Below, piece by piece: positions 35,201-45,936 of a stretch of DNA of 64,000 nt. Below the pieces are notes generated by a model that saw only the letters and a program-made list of their open reading frames with translations, did no database searches and had not been told where the DNA came from. Source of the DNA: Ranitomeya imitator. Taxonomy: Eukaryota. The position numbers and the translations under genes were made by a program. The stretch covers positions 834,334,001-834,398,000 of the forward strand of contig NC_091283.1 of NCBI RefSeq assembly GCF_032444005.1, in the 5' to 3' direction. Numbering within the stretch: position 1 is the first letter of the stretch; each line of letters begins with the position of its first letter.

Positions 35201-37290
35201 CCCAGACCCTCCAAATATATACAACACAACCAACCCCTGTAAACAAATACAAAACCCAGACCTCCAAATATATACAACATAACCAGCCCCTGTAAACAAA
35301 TACAAAACCCAGACCCTCCAAATATATACAACACAACCAGCCCCTGTAAACAAATACAAAACCCAGACCCTTCAAATATAGACCCCACAACCAGCCCCTA
35401 TAAACAAATACAAAACCCAGACCCTTCAAATATAGACCCTGCAACCAGCCCCTATAAACAAATACAAAACCCAGACCCTCCAAATATATACAACACAACC
35501 AGCCCCTGTAAACAAATACAAAACCCAGACCCTTCAAATATAGACCCCACAACCAGCCCCTATAAACAAATACAAAACCCAGACCCTCCAAATATAGACC
35601 CTGCAACCAGCCCCTATAAACAAATACAAAACCCAGACCCTCAAAATATATACAACACAACCAGAGCCCCTATAAACAAATACAAAACCCAGACCCTCAA
35701 AATATATACAACACAACCAGCCCCTGTAAACAAATACAAAACCCAGACCCTCAAAATATATACAACACAACCAGCCCCTGTAAACAAATACAAAACCCAG
35801 ACCCTTCAAATATAGACCCGGCAACAAGCCCCTATAAATAAATACAAAACCCAGACCCTCCAAATATAGCCCCCACATCCAGCCCCTATAAACAAATACA
35901 AACCGAGACCCTCCAAATATATACAACACAACCAGCCCCTATAAACAAATACAAAACCCAGACCCTCCAAATATAGACCCTGCAACCAGCCCCTATAAAC
36001 AAATACAAACCGAGACCCTCCAAATATATACAACACAACCAGCCCCTGTAAACAAATACAAAACCCAGACCCTCCACATATATACAACACAACCAGCCCC
36101 TGTAAACAAATACAAACCGAGACCCTCCAAATATAGACCCCACAACCAGCCCCTATAAACAAATACAAAACCCAGACCCTTCAAATATAGACCCGGCAAC
36201 AAGCCCCTATAAATAAATACAAAACCCAGACCCTCCAAATATAGACCCTGCAACCAGCCCCTATAAACAAATACAAAACCCAGACCCTCCAAATATATAC
36301 AACACAACCAACCCCTGTAAACAAATACAAAACCCAGACCCTTCAAATATATACAACACAACCAGCCCCTGTAAACAAATACAAAACCCAGACCCTTCAA
36401 ATATAGACCCCACAACCAGCCCCTGTAAAAAAATACAAAACCCAGACCCTCCAAATATAGACCCTGCAACCAGCCCCTATAAACAAATACAAAACCCAGA
36501 CCCTCCAAATATATACAACACAACCAACCCCTGTAAACAAATACAAAACCCAGACCCTTCAAATATAGACCCCACAACCAGCCCCTGTAAACAAATACAA
36601 AACCCAGACCCTTCAAATATAGACCCCACAACCAGCCCCTGTAAACAAATACAAAACCCAGACCCTTCAAATATAGACCCCACAACCAGCCCCTATAAAC
36701 AAATACAAAACCCAGACCCTTCAAATATAGACCCGGCAACAAGCCCCTATAAATAAATACAAAACCCAGACCCTCCAAATATAGCCCCCACATCCAGCCC
36801 CTATAAACAAATACAAACCGAGACCCTCCAAATATAGACCCCACAACCAGCCTCTGTAAACAAATACAAACCCAGACTGCAGACCAGACCCCTTAGACAC
36901 ATACTAACCCAGACCACTCCCCTAAACAAATACTAACCCAGACCCTCCAAATACAGATCCCAGACCACTCCCCTTAACAAATACAGACCCCTAAACAAAT
37001 ACTAACCCAGACCCTCCAAATACAGACCCCAGAACAACCCCTCTAAACAAATATAAACCCAAATCCTTCTCCAAACACGGACCCTTTAAATACATAACTT
37101 AGATCAACCCCCTTAGTAAATAAAAACCCAAACCCTTCAAACACAGACCCCACCCTAAATAAAGACTCCAGGACAGACCCCTATACAAAGAGTAACCCAG
37201 ACCAGACCCTTCAAGGAATGCAAACCCAAACCAGCCCCTTTAATAAGAGCAAACCCAGATCCTCCAAGAACAGACCCAGATCATATAGAA
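32225..37290. repeat. 54-nt AC-rich minisatellite (CAGCCCCTATAAACAAATACAAAACCCAGACCCTCCAAATATA[TACAACAC/GACCCCAC]AAC)n
   Basis: Homogeneous to about 36870 (about 86 units, several alternating variants), degenerate to about 37290. Confidence 0.95.
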
Positions 37291-37546
37291 ACACAGATGT
37301 GTTACTCTACAAGCTCTTCTATCTAACAGGTGTCTGCTAAGGAGGGCTGGATGGCAGAAAGCCGCCCCCCTGGGACCCCCATACAATACTGATGATAGTG
37401 ACTGAGGTTTCATAGAGGACAAAACTAAATCTGGTAATGAAATAAATGTAAAAACTCATCCAAAAATATATTCCGATCTCACGTGAGACATTCGGATCCG
37501 CAGCTTTTATCACGAAAATTGTCATAATCAAGATGTCACATAGGAA

Positions 37547-37691
37547 GGAAGTGATGACTCACGAAGAGAAAGGACGGCGACGTCTTCACCGGACAGCGAA
37601 GGCTCCAGACCACAGTCATCATCGTAAGCGAGGCGAGGGCGACTGTTATCAGAGGGACAGAATATACCAGCGCCACCGGATTCACTATCAG
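37547..37691 (+). promoter_or_regulatory. ETS + AP-1 composite site and candidate non-coding first exon of C3AR1
   Basis: GGAAGT (37547-37552) lies 2 nt from TGACTCA (37555-37561); a strong donor CAG|GTAAGA follows at 37692 and could splice to the acceptor ending at 39664. Confidence 0.55.
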
Positions 37692-38674
37692 GTAAGAATA
37701 TACTGAATATTAGTACGGAGCCATGTGTACAGAAATCGCTTTCCATTAATTGTTCTATTATTATTATTTTCTACATTTTTTAAAAACAATTTTATTTAAT
37801 GTTTTTTTTTCTTTTGTGTTTTAAACTATGAATCCTAATGGAAAATTAAATATTTCAAATTGTGGAAACTTTTTATTATTTATTAGAATTTTTTTCCATG
37901 ATGTTTTAGCGATGATGGAATCATAAAAGCCGGCCCAGTAAAAGCTTTTCTTTTTTTGCGCCCATTTTACAGTCGCACATTTCACATATTTATGTTAGTT
38001 CTGGGCATCCGGAAGGAATTTTTTCGTTCATAATATGAGTGAAAATTATAGAAAAGCAGAGATAATATATTAGCAAGAACAGTTCTTTAAACAAAAAAAA
38101 GGGTGACTAAGCCAGGAGCTAGAGCGATGGGGCTCTAACAGGTAAGGCTCAGTTCCCACGATGAGTATTAGGTAGGTTTTTGATGTAGATTTTCGGCTCC
38201 CGTAGGTTACTTGCATTTTTTGGAAAATACGCAGCGTAAAAGAAAAAATCACCAAAAAAAACTCATCGTGGGAATGTAGCTCAACAGGTCTTGGATAACT
38301 CCTCGAAAAACTGCCCCTGGGAGCTGCACTGGATTGACTTGTTCCTGTTACTTTTAGTAAGCCAGTCCCTAGAGATAACAAAAAGAGGTCTTCAGATGAA
38401 GCCAAGCTTCCAAAATCGCACCCCCTTTTTAGCACACAGCTCGCTATATGCAGATGCATTTTTTCAGTACCCATTGGGCTTCCATTGTGCGTATAAATAC
38501 ACCTCCAAACACTAATACACCGGCACATGGAAACTGTTATACTTCCACTACATGAACAGTAAAGAAGCCTGCCTCATCAGAACATAAAAGGATTCTTTAC
38601 GGTAACAGCTGTAATGGAATGCTCCTTCCATTCCCAGGATACTTTGGATTGAAAGTTATTTCAATTAATTCATA

Positions 38675-38835
38675 ATTATTATTATTATTTATTATTATAG
38701 CGCCATTTATTCCATGGCGCTTTACATGTGAGGAGGGGTATACATAATAAAAACAAGTACAATAATCTGAAACAATACAAGTCATAACTGGTACAGGAGG
38801 AGAGAGGACCCTGCCCGCGAGGGCTCACAATCTAC
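38675..38835 (-). mobile_element. L2-type short retroposon
   Basis: GTAGATTGTGAGCCC...TGTAAAGCGCCATGGAATAAATGGCGCT...(AAT)n; three mismatches to the copy at 44643-44803. Confidence 0.8.
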
Positions 38836-39673
38836 CATGATTCAATATATAGTAATATATAGTAATTCTGCTCATTAATCATTATTCTGTTACATTCATC
38901 ATGTGGGGGGAACCAGGCAGCGACCAGTCAATTCTTCTGCAGCGCCACCACGGGTTGAAAAAAATATATATATTTTTAATTCTGTCTTAATTTAATAATG
39001 ACAAAGCGCTGGATATTTTTTGGGGGGTTTTGTTGAGAAGGCAGAGGAGGTTTATTGCCACTTCTGTCTTCTCTTTCATTAACTACATCGTGATCAATGC
39101 CAGGAGGAGAAGCATCAGCATCACCGCTGCTTCCATGGGACCTAACGAACACATGATAGTGGGGGTCTCTGCTGGCAAAAACCTACACATAATACAGGTT
39201 AGGTGTCCGCACGACCGTAATAACCTGGAGAATTCGTTCCACGGCTTTTTTGTGTGAAACATGAAGAGTAAGGAATATAAAATAAAAAAAATGGATAAAT
39301 GACACAGTAACTTATATGTAGAAGAGTGCTAAAAACATTACAATTCCAGCCTCATACTGCCCTGTCACTGAAAAAAATAAAAATGTTAAGGCTGCTGAAA
39401 AGCAGAGAGGCAAAAACTTAAAAAGGAAAAAAAATCATTAATTAGGGGCTTAGAATTTTCATGTACGATAATTTTTTATGTAGATATGACATTATACTGC
39501 AGTTTTCATATTTACCAGTAGATGTCAGTATTCCTGTCCAGCAAATCATGAAGATCTCGATTTACAGCTGCTGCAAAGATTGTTGCTCATTGCCTCTTTA
39601 TAATAGTGAAAAAACAAACAGATAATTAAATTAATTAAACCACAAAACCTTTATATTTTTACAGATAGCCGGG

Positions 39674-40762
39674 ATGTTCAATGGAAGTGATGAGAATATT
39701 GATTTTCCACACTCTCACACCCAGGAGGCTACTTTCACCACGGTGTTTTTTGTGGTCACCTTTCTGGTGGGTGTCCCCGGTAATATCCTGGTGCTTTGGG
39801 TCACTGGTTGGAAGATGAAGAAGACTGTGAACACCGTATGGTTCTTGAATCTCGCCGTCGCCGACATCGCGTGCTGCCTGTCCCTTCCGTTTTCCACCGT
39901 CCAATTATATTACCAGGAATGGTTGTTTGGCGCTGCACTCTGTAAGATAATCCCGGCCATGGTCGTTCTTAACATGTTCGCCAGTGTCTTCACCTTGGTG
40001 GCCATCAGCGTTGACCGTTGCATCCAGGTAGTCCTGCCAGTGTGGGCCCAGAATCACCGCAGCCTGCGAATGGCTTGGCTCATCTGCCTGGTTATTTGGG
40101 CCTTATCCTTCATGATGTCGTTACCCGCCTTTCTCTACAGACACATCTCTACAGACCACAACGTCACAGTATGTGAGCATCAGTTCGGTGGCCATGATGA
40201 CGTCAGTGATTATGATGGCAGCTTTGATTTGGATTACGAGGACCTTTTGAGCTTTAATGATTCTGACGCTCCTTTCATGGGTCTTAATGACCACCACTTG
40301 GGTATACAACACCAAGTCTCCAACCACGAAGTCACTATCACTGTCCTTCGAACGTTGTTTGGGTTCCTGTTCCCGCTCTTGATCATCGTTGCCTGTTACA
40401 TTCGCCTCACCCTTAAAGTACAAAACAGCAGATACCTCAAGGTGGGCAGAAAAACCACCAAGGTGGTGTACGGTATCATCATAGCCTTCTGCCTGACCTG
40501 GGCTCCCTACCACATTATCGGCATGGTCATGTTGTACGTCCAAAACCAAATAGTCAATAAACTCAATCACGTCTCGGTGGCCTTGGCTTTCTCCAACAGC
40601 TGCATCAACCCAATACTCTACGTCTTCATGGGCAAAGACTTCAAGACCAAGATGAGTCAGTCCTTACGGCAGCTCATGGAAAGCGCCTTCAGTGAAGAAA
40701 TGACCAAAACCACTGAACATAGCCAGACTAAAAGCTCTGTCCAAAACAGTATGACCGTCTAA
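39674..40762 (+). CDS. C3AR1: C3a anaphylatoxin chemotactic receptor (class A GPCR)
   Basis: 362-aa 7TM ORF with GN, WFLNLAVAD, DRC and NPILY motifs, an enlarged acidic ECL2, and C-terminal ESAFSEEMT...TV resembling the mammalian C3aR tail. Splice acceptor ttttacag ends at 39664, just before the ATG. Head-to-head with NECAP1, as in mammals. Confidence 0.9.
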   Translation: MFNGSDENIDFPHSHTQEATFTTVFFVVTFLVGVPGNILVLWVTGWKMKKTVNTVWFLNLAVADIACCLSLPFSTVQLYYQEWLFGAALCKIIPAMVVLNMFASVFTLVAISVDRCIQVVLPVWAQNHRSLRMAWLICLVIWALSFMMSLPAFLYRHISTDHNVTVCEHQFGGHDDVSDYDGSFDLDYEDLLSFNDSDAPFMGLNDHHLGIQHQVSNHEVTITVLRTLFGFLFPLLIIVACYIRLTLKVQNSRYLKVGRKTTKVVYGIIIAFCLTWAPYHIIGMVMLYVQNQIVNKLNHVSVALAFSNSCINPILYVFMGKDFKTKMSQSLRQLMESAFSEEMTKTTEHSQTKSSVQNSMTV

Positions 40763-41168
40763 GAATACAGGGCAGGGAGACATTCATAGGTGGAGGAGTT
40801 GACCTGATGGGGTTCCATGTAAGACCTGGCTCAAGAACCCTTCAAGGATAAGGGTGTCTGCTTGCTGTTCTTACAGACAAGAAGGATGGTGTGACTTTCA
40901 GGCTTGTTCCTATCTGTTTTTTTGTAAAGTCGCTGTTCTTTGGAAGCTTTTTTGAGAAAGAGAACAGGACTTATCTGAAGCCTTCTTGTCCAAGGGTCCC
41001 ATGTCTTGGGCACCTTGACCTTGGAAGGAGTCTCATCTGAAGATGTTGAAAAGAACCACAATGATGCTACCTGGGTCCAATGTGGCTGGCTAACTTCAAG
41101 TACTGTGCAGGGTTTAACCCAACAGAGGAAGTGGCCACCTAACGTCCTATGCTTTATTGATATCTTAA

Positions 41169-41475
41169 AGGGGTTGTCCAGAATTTCTAATTTGAAGACC
41201 TATCCTTTGGATCAGTGAAGATCTAACATCCCCACTGATCAATTGTTAGCAGATTTCATGGTGGAACCGGAAAGTGCAGCTCAATACAATGTGTAAAGGT
41301 CATTTTCGGGGACTGAAATTTATGTGATCTGAGCTGGACTTTATTTGCTTCTGGTTGTTGTGGGGTCTGCAAATGGCTGATTAGTTTAGACTCCGGGTTT
41401 CGGACCTCCATTTATCTGATATTGTTGATCCATTCAAAAATTACATTATCAATGTCCAAGTCCGGGACATCCCCT
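41169..41475. mobile_element. T2/Kolobok-type MITE
   Basis: TTAA-AGGGGTTGTCC ... GGACATCCCCT-TTAA. Confidence 0.8.
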
Positions 41476-42048
41476 TTAATTGAATCTTAAGCTTACATGT
41501 CCTGTTATTAAGTGCCATTGATCCTACTAAAGGTCTAAATACCACTACAAACACAATCAGACATTGCAGAGTAACAAACTAATTACTAGACCAAAGAGAA
41601 GGATTGAGGACTCTCAAGAGCTAACAATCTAAAAAGACAAAGGAAATAGGGGCGACATAAAAAGTAAAATGTGCTTGTGTTGTACAGAACGTCATTATAC
41701 TACATAAGGTAGTCCATGTAAGGCTGTAGCTGCCGATCACCAGCCAATATCTGAGTATATAAAGATATGATAAGTCTATGAGGATGGAAGCTGTATGGGG
41801 GAAAAGTGTTAAATGAAGGGATGAAGTTCAGAGGAATAACTGTGATGAAAAGACAAGTCACTTTATGAACAGTATTGAACAACCTAAAAAAAATTGTGTT
41901 TTCAGGGCAAACCTCAGTGGGAAAATCAATATCATAACCTTGTAGTTATGATACCTTTTATTGGCTAATAAAAATAAAATAAATTATGGTATAAAACAAG
42001 CTGTCAAGACTTCCTAAGTCTCATCTTCAGGCATGGTATCCTAAAACT

Positions 42049-42708
42049 GGGGGGGAGAAAAAACTCCAAAAGATAGCCAAAGTCCAACGCCCCCTGGACG
42101 AAGTCGGGGCCCCCTGACGAAGGTTTCCCGAAACGCGCGTTGGGGCGGGCGCTGGGATCCCCTACCTGCCTGCATTTGCTGACACTGCCTGGGTGATGTA
42201 TTTTATTTCTTTGGTGTGCCGTATGTTATTTTGACTATACCTGAGCATACATCCAGCTTCCACTTTGTGGAGCTGGGATGATATACATCTATTTGTTAAC
42301 CGTGTATGACACCTGTCTAGTTTACATCTCATAGAGGCTGCCTTGTATATATACTTTTTCTGCCCGGTAATGTTCATTATGACATTGTTTTATATACTTT
42401 AAAGGCATTTGTGGGCTCCCAGTGCCTTTGCTTTTTATCGTCTGGTGATTACGTGTTGCTGTCACCATCTTCATGCCGCATATAATAAAGCATTTTTATG
42501 GACTTTGGCTATCTTTTGGAGTTTTTTCTCCCCCCCTGTTATGTGTTTTGTTTGATAGCTAGTCTATCATTATTCTTGATATCCATGGCAAAGGAATTTT
42601 TTCGGACAAGTATTTACTGATATATATTATTTAATACTTTTACAATTGTCCCAAACCATGTTCTACAACTTGCCGCCTTATGTCGCCTTCCTAGTTATTT
42701 ACTTATTT
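42049..42708 (+). mobile_element. Penelope-like retroelement fragment (partial inverted pseudo-LTR)
   Basis: 16-bp TSD ATGGTATCCTAAAACT (42033-42048, 42709-42724); ~37-bp inverted repeat 42049-42086 / 42499-42536; contains a hammerhead motif. Confidence 0.75.
42109..42146 (+). ncRNA. Minimal type I hammerhead ribozyme motif
   Basis: GCCCC-CUGACGA-aGGtttcCC-GAAA-C-gcgc-GUU-GGGGC: core, 5-bp stem I, 2-bp stem II, palindromic stem III ACGCGCGT. Confidence 0.65.
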
Positions 42709-42870
42709 ATGGTATCCTAAAACTGTAGATTTTGGAAATTAGCTGGATTTTCCTGGGTAATGCATTTTAGAAAACTTGTGCAACACAAAAGAAATCTGGA
42801 TACCGGTGGAAATATTTGGATTATGGAGAATGTTTGTCTTAGGACAGGATGTTAATAAGTTGGAAAGCTG

Positions 42871-44505
42871 GGGTAGAGTGGTATACAGAGATGAGGAGGA
42901 AACGTAGGGCAGTGCAGCACTGTAGAGGGGATGGGTAGGGTGGTAGAAAGAGATGAGGAGATGTAGGGCAGTGAAGCACTGTGGAGGAGATGGGTAGGTT
43001 GGTAGAGAAAGAAGAGGAGATGTAGGTGGGTGGTGCAGCACTGAGGAGAGGACAGGTAGGGTTGGTAGACAGAGATGAGGAGATGTAGGGCGGTGCAGCA
43101 CTGTGGAGAGGAGGGTAGGGTGTTAGATAAGGAGGAGATGTAGGGCGGTGCAGCACTGTGGAGAGACCAGGTAGGGTGATAGACAGATGAGGAGGAGATG
43201 TAGGGCTGTGCAGCACTGTGGAGAGGACGGGTAGGGTGGTAGACAGATGAGGAGGAGATGTAGGGCTGTGCAGCACTGTGGAGAGGACAGGTAAGGTGCT
43301 AGAGATGAAGAGGAGATGTAGGGTGGTGCACCACTGTGGAGAGGACGGGTAGGGTGGTAGACAGATGAGGAGGAGATGTAGGGTGGTGCAGGACTGTGGA
43401 GAGGACAGGTAGGGCGGTAGCCAGATAAGGAGGAGATGTAGGACGGTGCAGCACTGTGGAGAGGATGGGTAGGGTGGTAGACAGATAAGGAGGAGATGTA
43501 GGGTGGTGCAGCACTGTGGAGAGGACAGGTAGGGTGGTAGACGGATGAGGAGGAGATGTAGGGGGGTGCAGCACTGTGGAGAGGACGAGTATTGTGGTAG
43601 ACAGACGAGGAGGAGATGTAGGGGGTGCAGCACTGTGGAGAGGACGGGTAAGGTGTTAGAGATGAGGAGGAGATGTAGGGTGGTGCAGCACTGTGGAGAG
43701 GATGGGTAAGGTGTTAGAGATGAGGAGGAGATGTAGGGCGGTGCAGCACTGTGGAGAGATCGGGTAAGGTGTTAGAGATGAGGAGGAGGAGATGTAGGGT
43801 GGTACAGCACTGTGGAGAGGACGGGTAAGGTGTTAGAGATGAGGAGGAGATGTAGGGTGGTACAGCACTGTGGAGAGGACGGGTAAGGTGTTAGAGATGA
43901 GGAGGAGATGTAGGGCGGTGCAGCACTGTGGAGAGAACGGGTAAGGTGTTAGAGATGAGGAGGAGGAGATGTAGGGTTGTACAGCACTGTGGAGAGGACG
44001 GGTAAGGTGTTAGAGATGAGGAGGAGATGTAGGGTGGTACAGCACTGTGGAGAGAACGGGTAAGGTGTTAGAGATGAGGAGGAGGAGATGTAGGGTGGTA
44101 CAGCACTGTGGAGAGAACGGGTAAGGTGTTAGAGATGAGGAGGAGATGTAGGGTGGTACAGCACTGTGGAGAGAACGGGTAAGGTGTTAGAGATGAGGAG
44201 GAGGAGATGTAGGGTGGTACAGCACTGTGGAGAGAACGGGTAAGGTGTTAGAGATGAGGAGGAGATGTAGGGTGGTACAGCACTGTGGAGAGGACGGGTA
44301 AGGTGTTAGAGATGAGGAGGAGATGTAGGGCGGTGCAGCACTGTGGAGAGGACGGGTAAGGTGTTAGAGATGAGGAGGAGATGTAGGTGGTGCAGCACTG
44401 TGGAGAGAACGGGTATTGTGGTAGACAGACGAGGAGGAGATGTAGGGCGGTGCAGCACTGTGGAGAGGACGGGTAGGGTGGTAGACAGATGAGCAGATGT
44501 AGGAC
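42871..44505. repeat. 58-61-nt minisatellite, probably derived from L2 ORF2
   Basis: About 28 units of GATGAGGAGGAGATGTAGGGTGGTGCAGCACTGTGGAGAGGACGGGTAGGGTGGTAGACA; the minus strand encodes LHSAAPPYISSSSVYHPTRP. Confidence 0.9.
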
Positions 44506-44642
44506 AGTGGATGGTGACATAGCGGCATAGTAATCCAGCGAGGACAGAACAGAACAGAGAGAGGTGAGTAACGATGTACAACAGCCATACAGCGCAGAAA
44601 TAAAACAATCCACAGAGCACCAATATGTTATAGTCCCATCTT

Positions 44643-44803
44643 GTAGATTGTGAGCCCTCGCGGGCAGGGTCCTCACTCCTCCTGTACCAGTTATGACTTG
44701 TATTGTTTAAGATTATTGTACTTGTTTTTATTATGTATACCCCTCCTCACATGTAAAGCGCCATGGAATAAATGGCGCTATAACAATAAATAATAATAAT
44801 AAT
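44643..44803 (+). mobile_element. L2-type short retroposon
   Basis: Stem-loop AGCGCCAT-GGAATAA-ATGGCGCT and (AAT)n tail. Confidence 0.8.
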
Positions 44804-45330
44804 ATCCTGTGGACATGTTTGTATTAATACCACCTATAGGAACCACATAATCTCCCATGGGTCATAATAGAAGCCTAAGAGGTTGGCACAGAAGTCACTT
44901 ACTGATATACAGACCAGGGAATGCTGGGACTTGTAGTGTTCCAGCAGCTGTGGACCCACTGGCTGAAGACCTTTATTTATAGACCATAGATAGGACTGGC
45001 TACACAATGGTGCCTCGGATTCATCATTCAGTGCATTTAGTTCCCCATTTGTTTCTGATATTTGCCCATTATGACAGAAAGTGTCACCCAGCGGACCCCC
45101 GGCCAGGACATGGGGCAGCAGCTTCCTCTTTTGCAGTTTTGCTTAACTTTGAATAAATGACTTCTTATTTTTCCTTTCTAATTTTTGAGGGCTTTCCATT
45201 ATGAGTAAGTGTGTGAAAGTGGATCCTATCCTTATCGGCAATGACTCGGGTTCATAAATAGGATGAAGGGGTTAAATTGTGCCTATTTTGACAGTAATGC
45301 TGCCTTTTTTGTATGTTTTTTACAGACGCA

Positions 45331-45936
45331 TGGAGCGCCCCCAGACACAGGGCCACGCGTTTCGGTACCGGGCCTCTCTGGATCGGTTCTGAGGCTGTCA
45401 CGGTGGCTAGACCCGGTCCGCGACCCTGCTAAGGGGCGTCCAATAAAGGTGGTACAGTCTGTCTGGGATTCGTGATGCCACCTGTGGTGTTCGGTCAGGG
45501 TGACCGACGCTGCTATGGGGTCCACTGGGGTGGTGGAATGGCAGCTGGATGGTATACCTTCCCATAGGTGAAGTATGTCCCCAGGGCTTCCCAGTAAGGT
45601 GGATGGTGATGGTGTGAGGCGCAGTCAATAACGAGGACACAGGGTTGCAGTCTCTTTACCTTTTACTGAAGGCTTCAGTACACTCAGTCCAGAGCATGTT
45701 CAACCGGGCTATCAGAGACCGGCCGGTCCGATGGGCACATCCAGAGTTTCCCTCGCAGATGGAAATCGTTGCCTACCACTAGCGCCTGTGTGTTGTAGTC
45801 CTATCCTGCTGAGCATTCGGAATAGTCCTCACAACTGCTGCTCTCGTTCGTTCTCTACAGCTTTCTCTCTCTCGTTCTTTGGTTCCAGATGTTACTAGTT
45901 TCTAATGTCCCCCAGGTATGTTATGGCTAGGACGCC
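45331..45936 (-). mobile_element. Truncated LTR related to 1173-2390
   Basis: Reverse-complement similarity over about 600 bp; minus-strand end GGGGCGCTCCA; interrupted by the next LTR. Confidence 0.6.

Noticed and set aside
32184-36844. Hydrophobic, membrane-protein-like repeat ORFs (GLGFVFVYRGWL...)
   Set aside because: Translation of the 54-nt array (18-codon period); frames break at unit indels.
38131-38148. Alternative donor CAG|GTAAGG upstream of C3AR1
   Set aside because: No supporting promoter motif or clear acceptor; kept only as an alternative to test.
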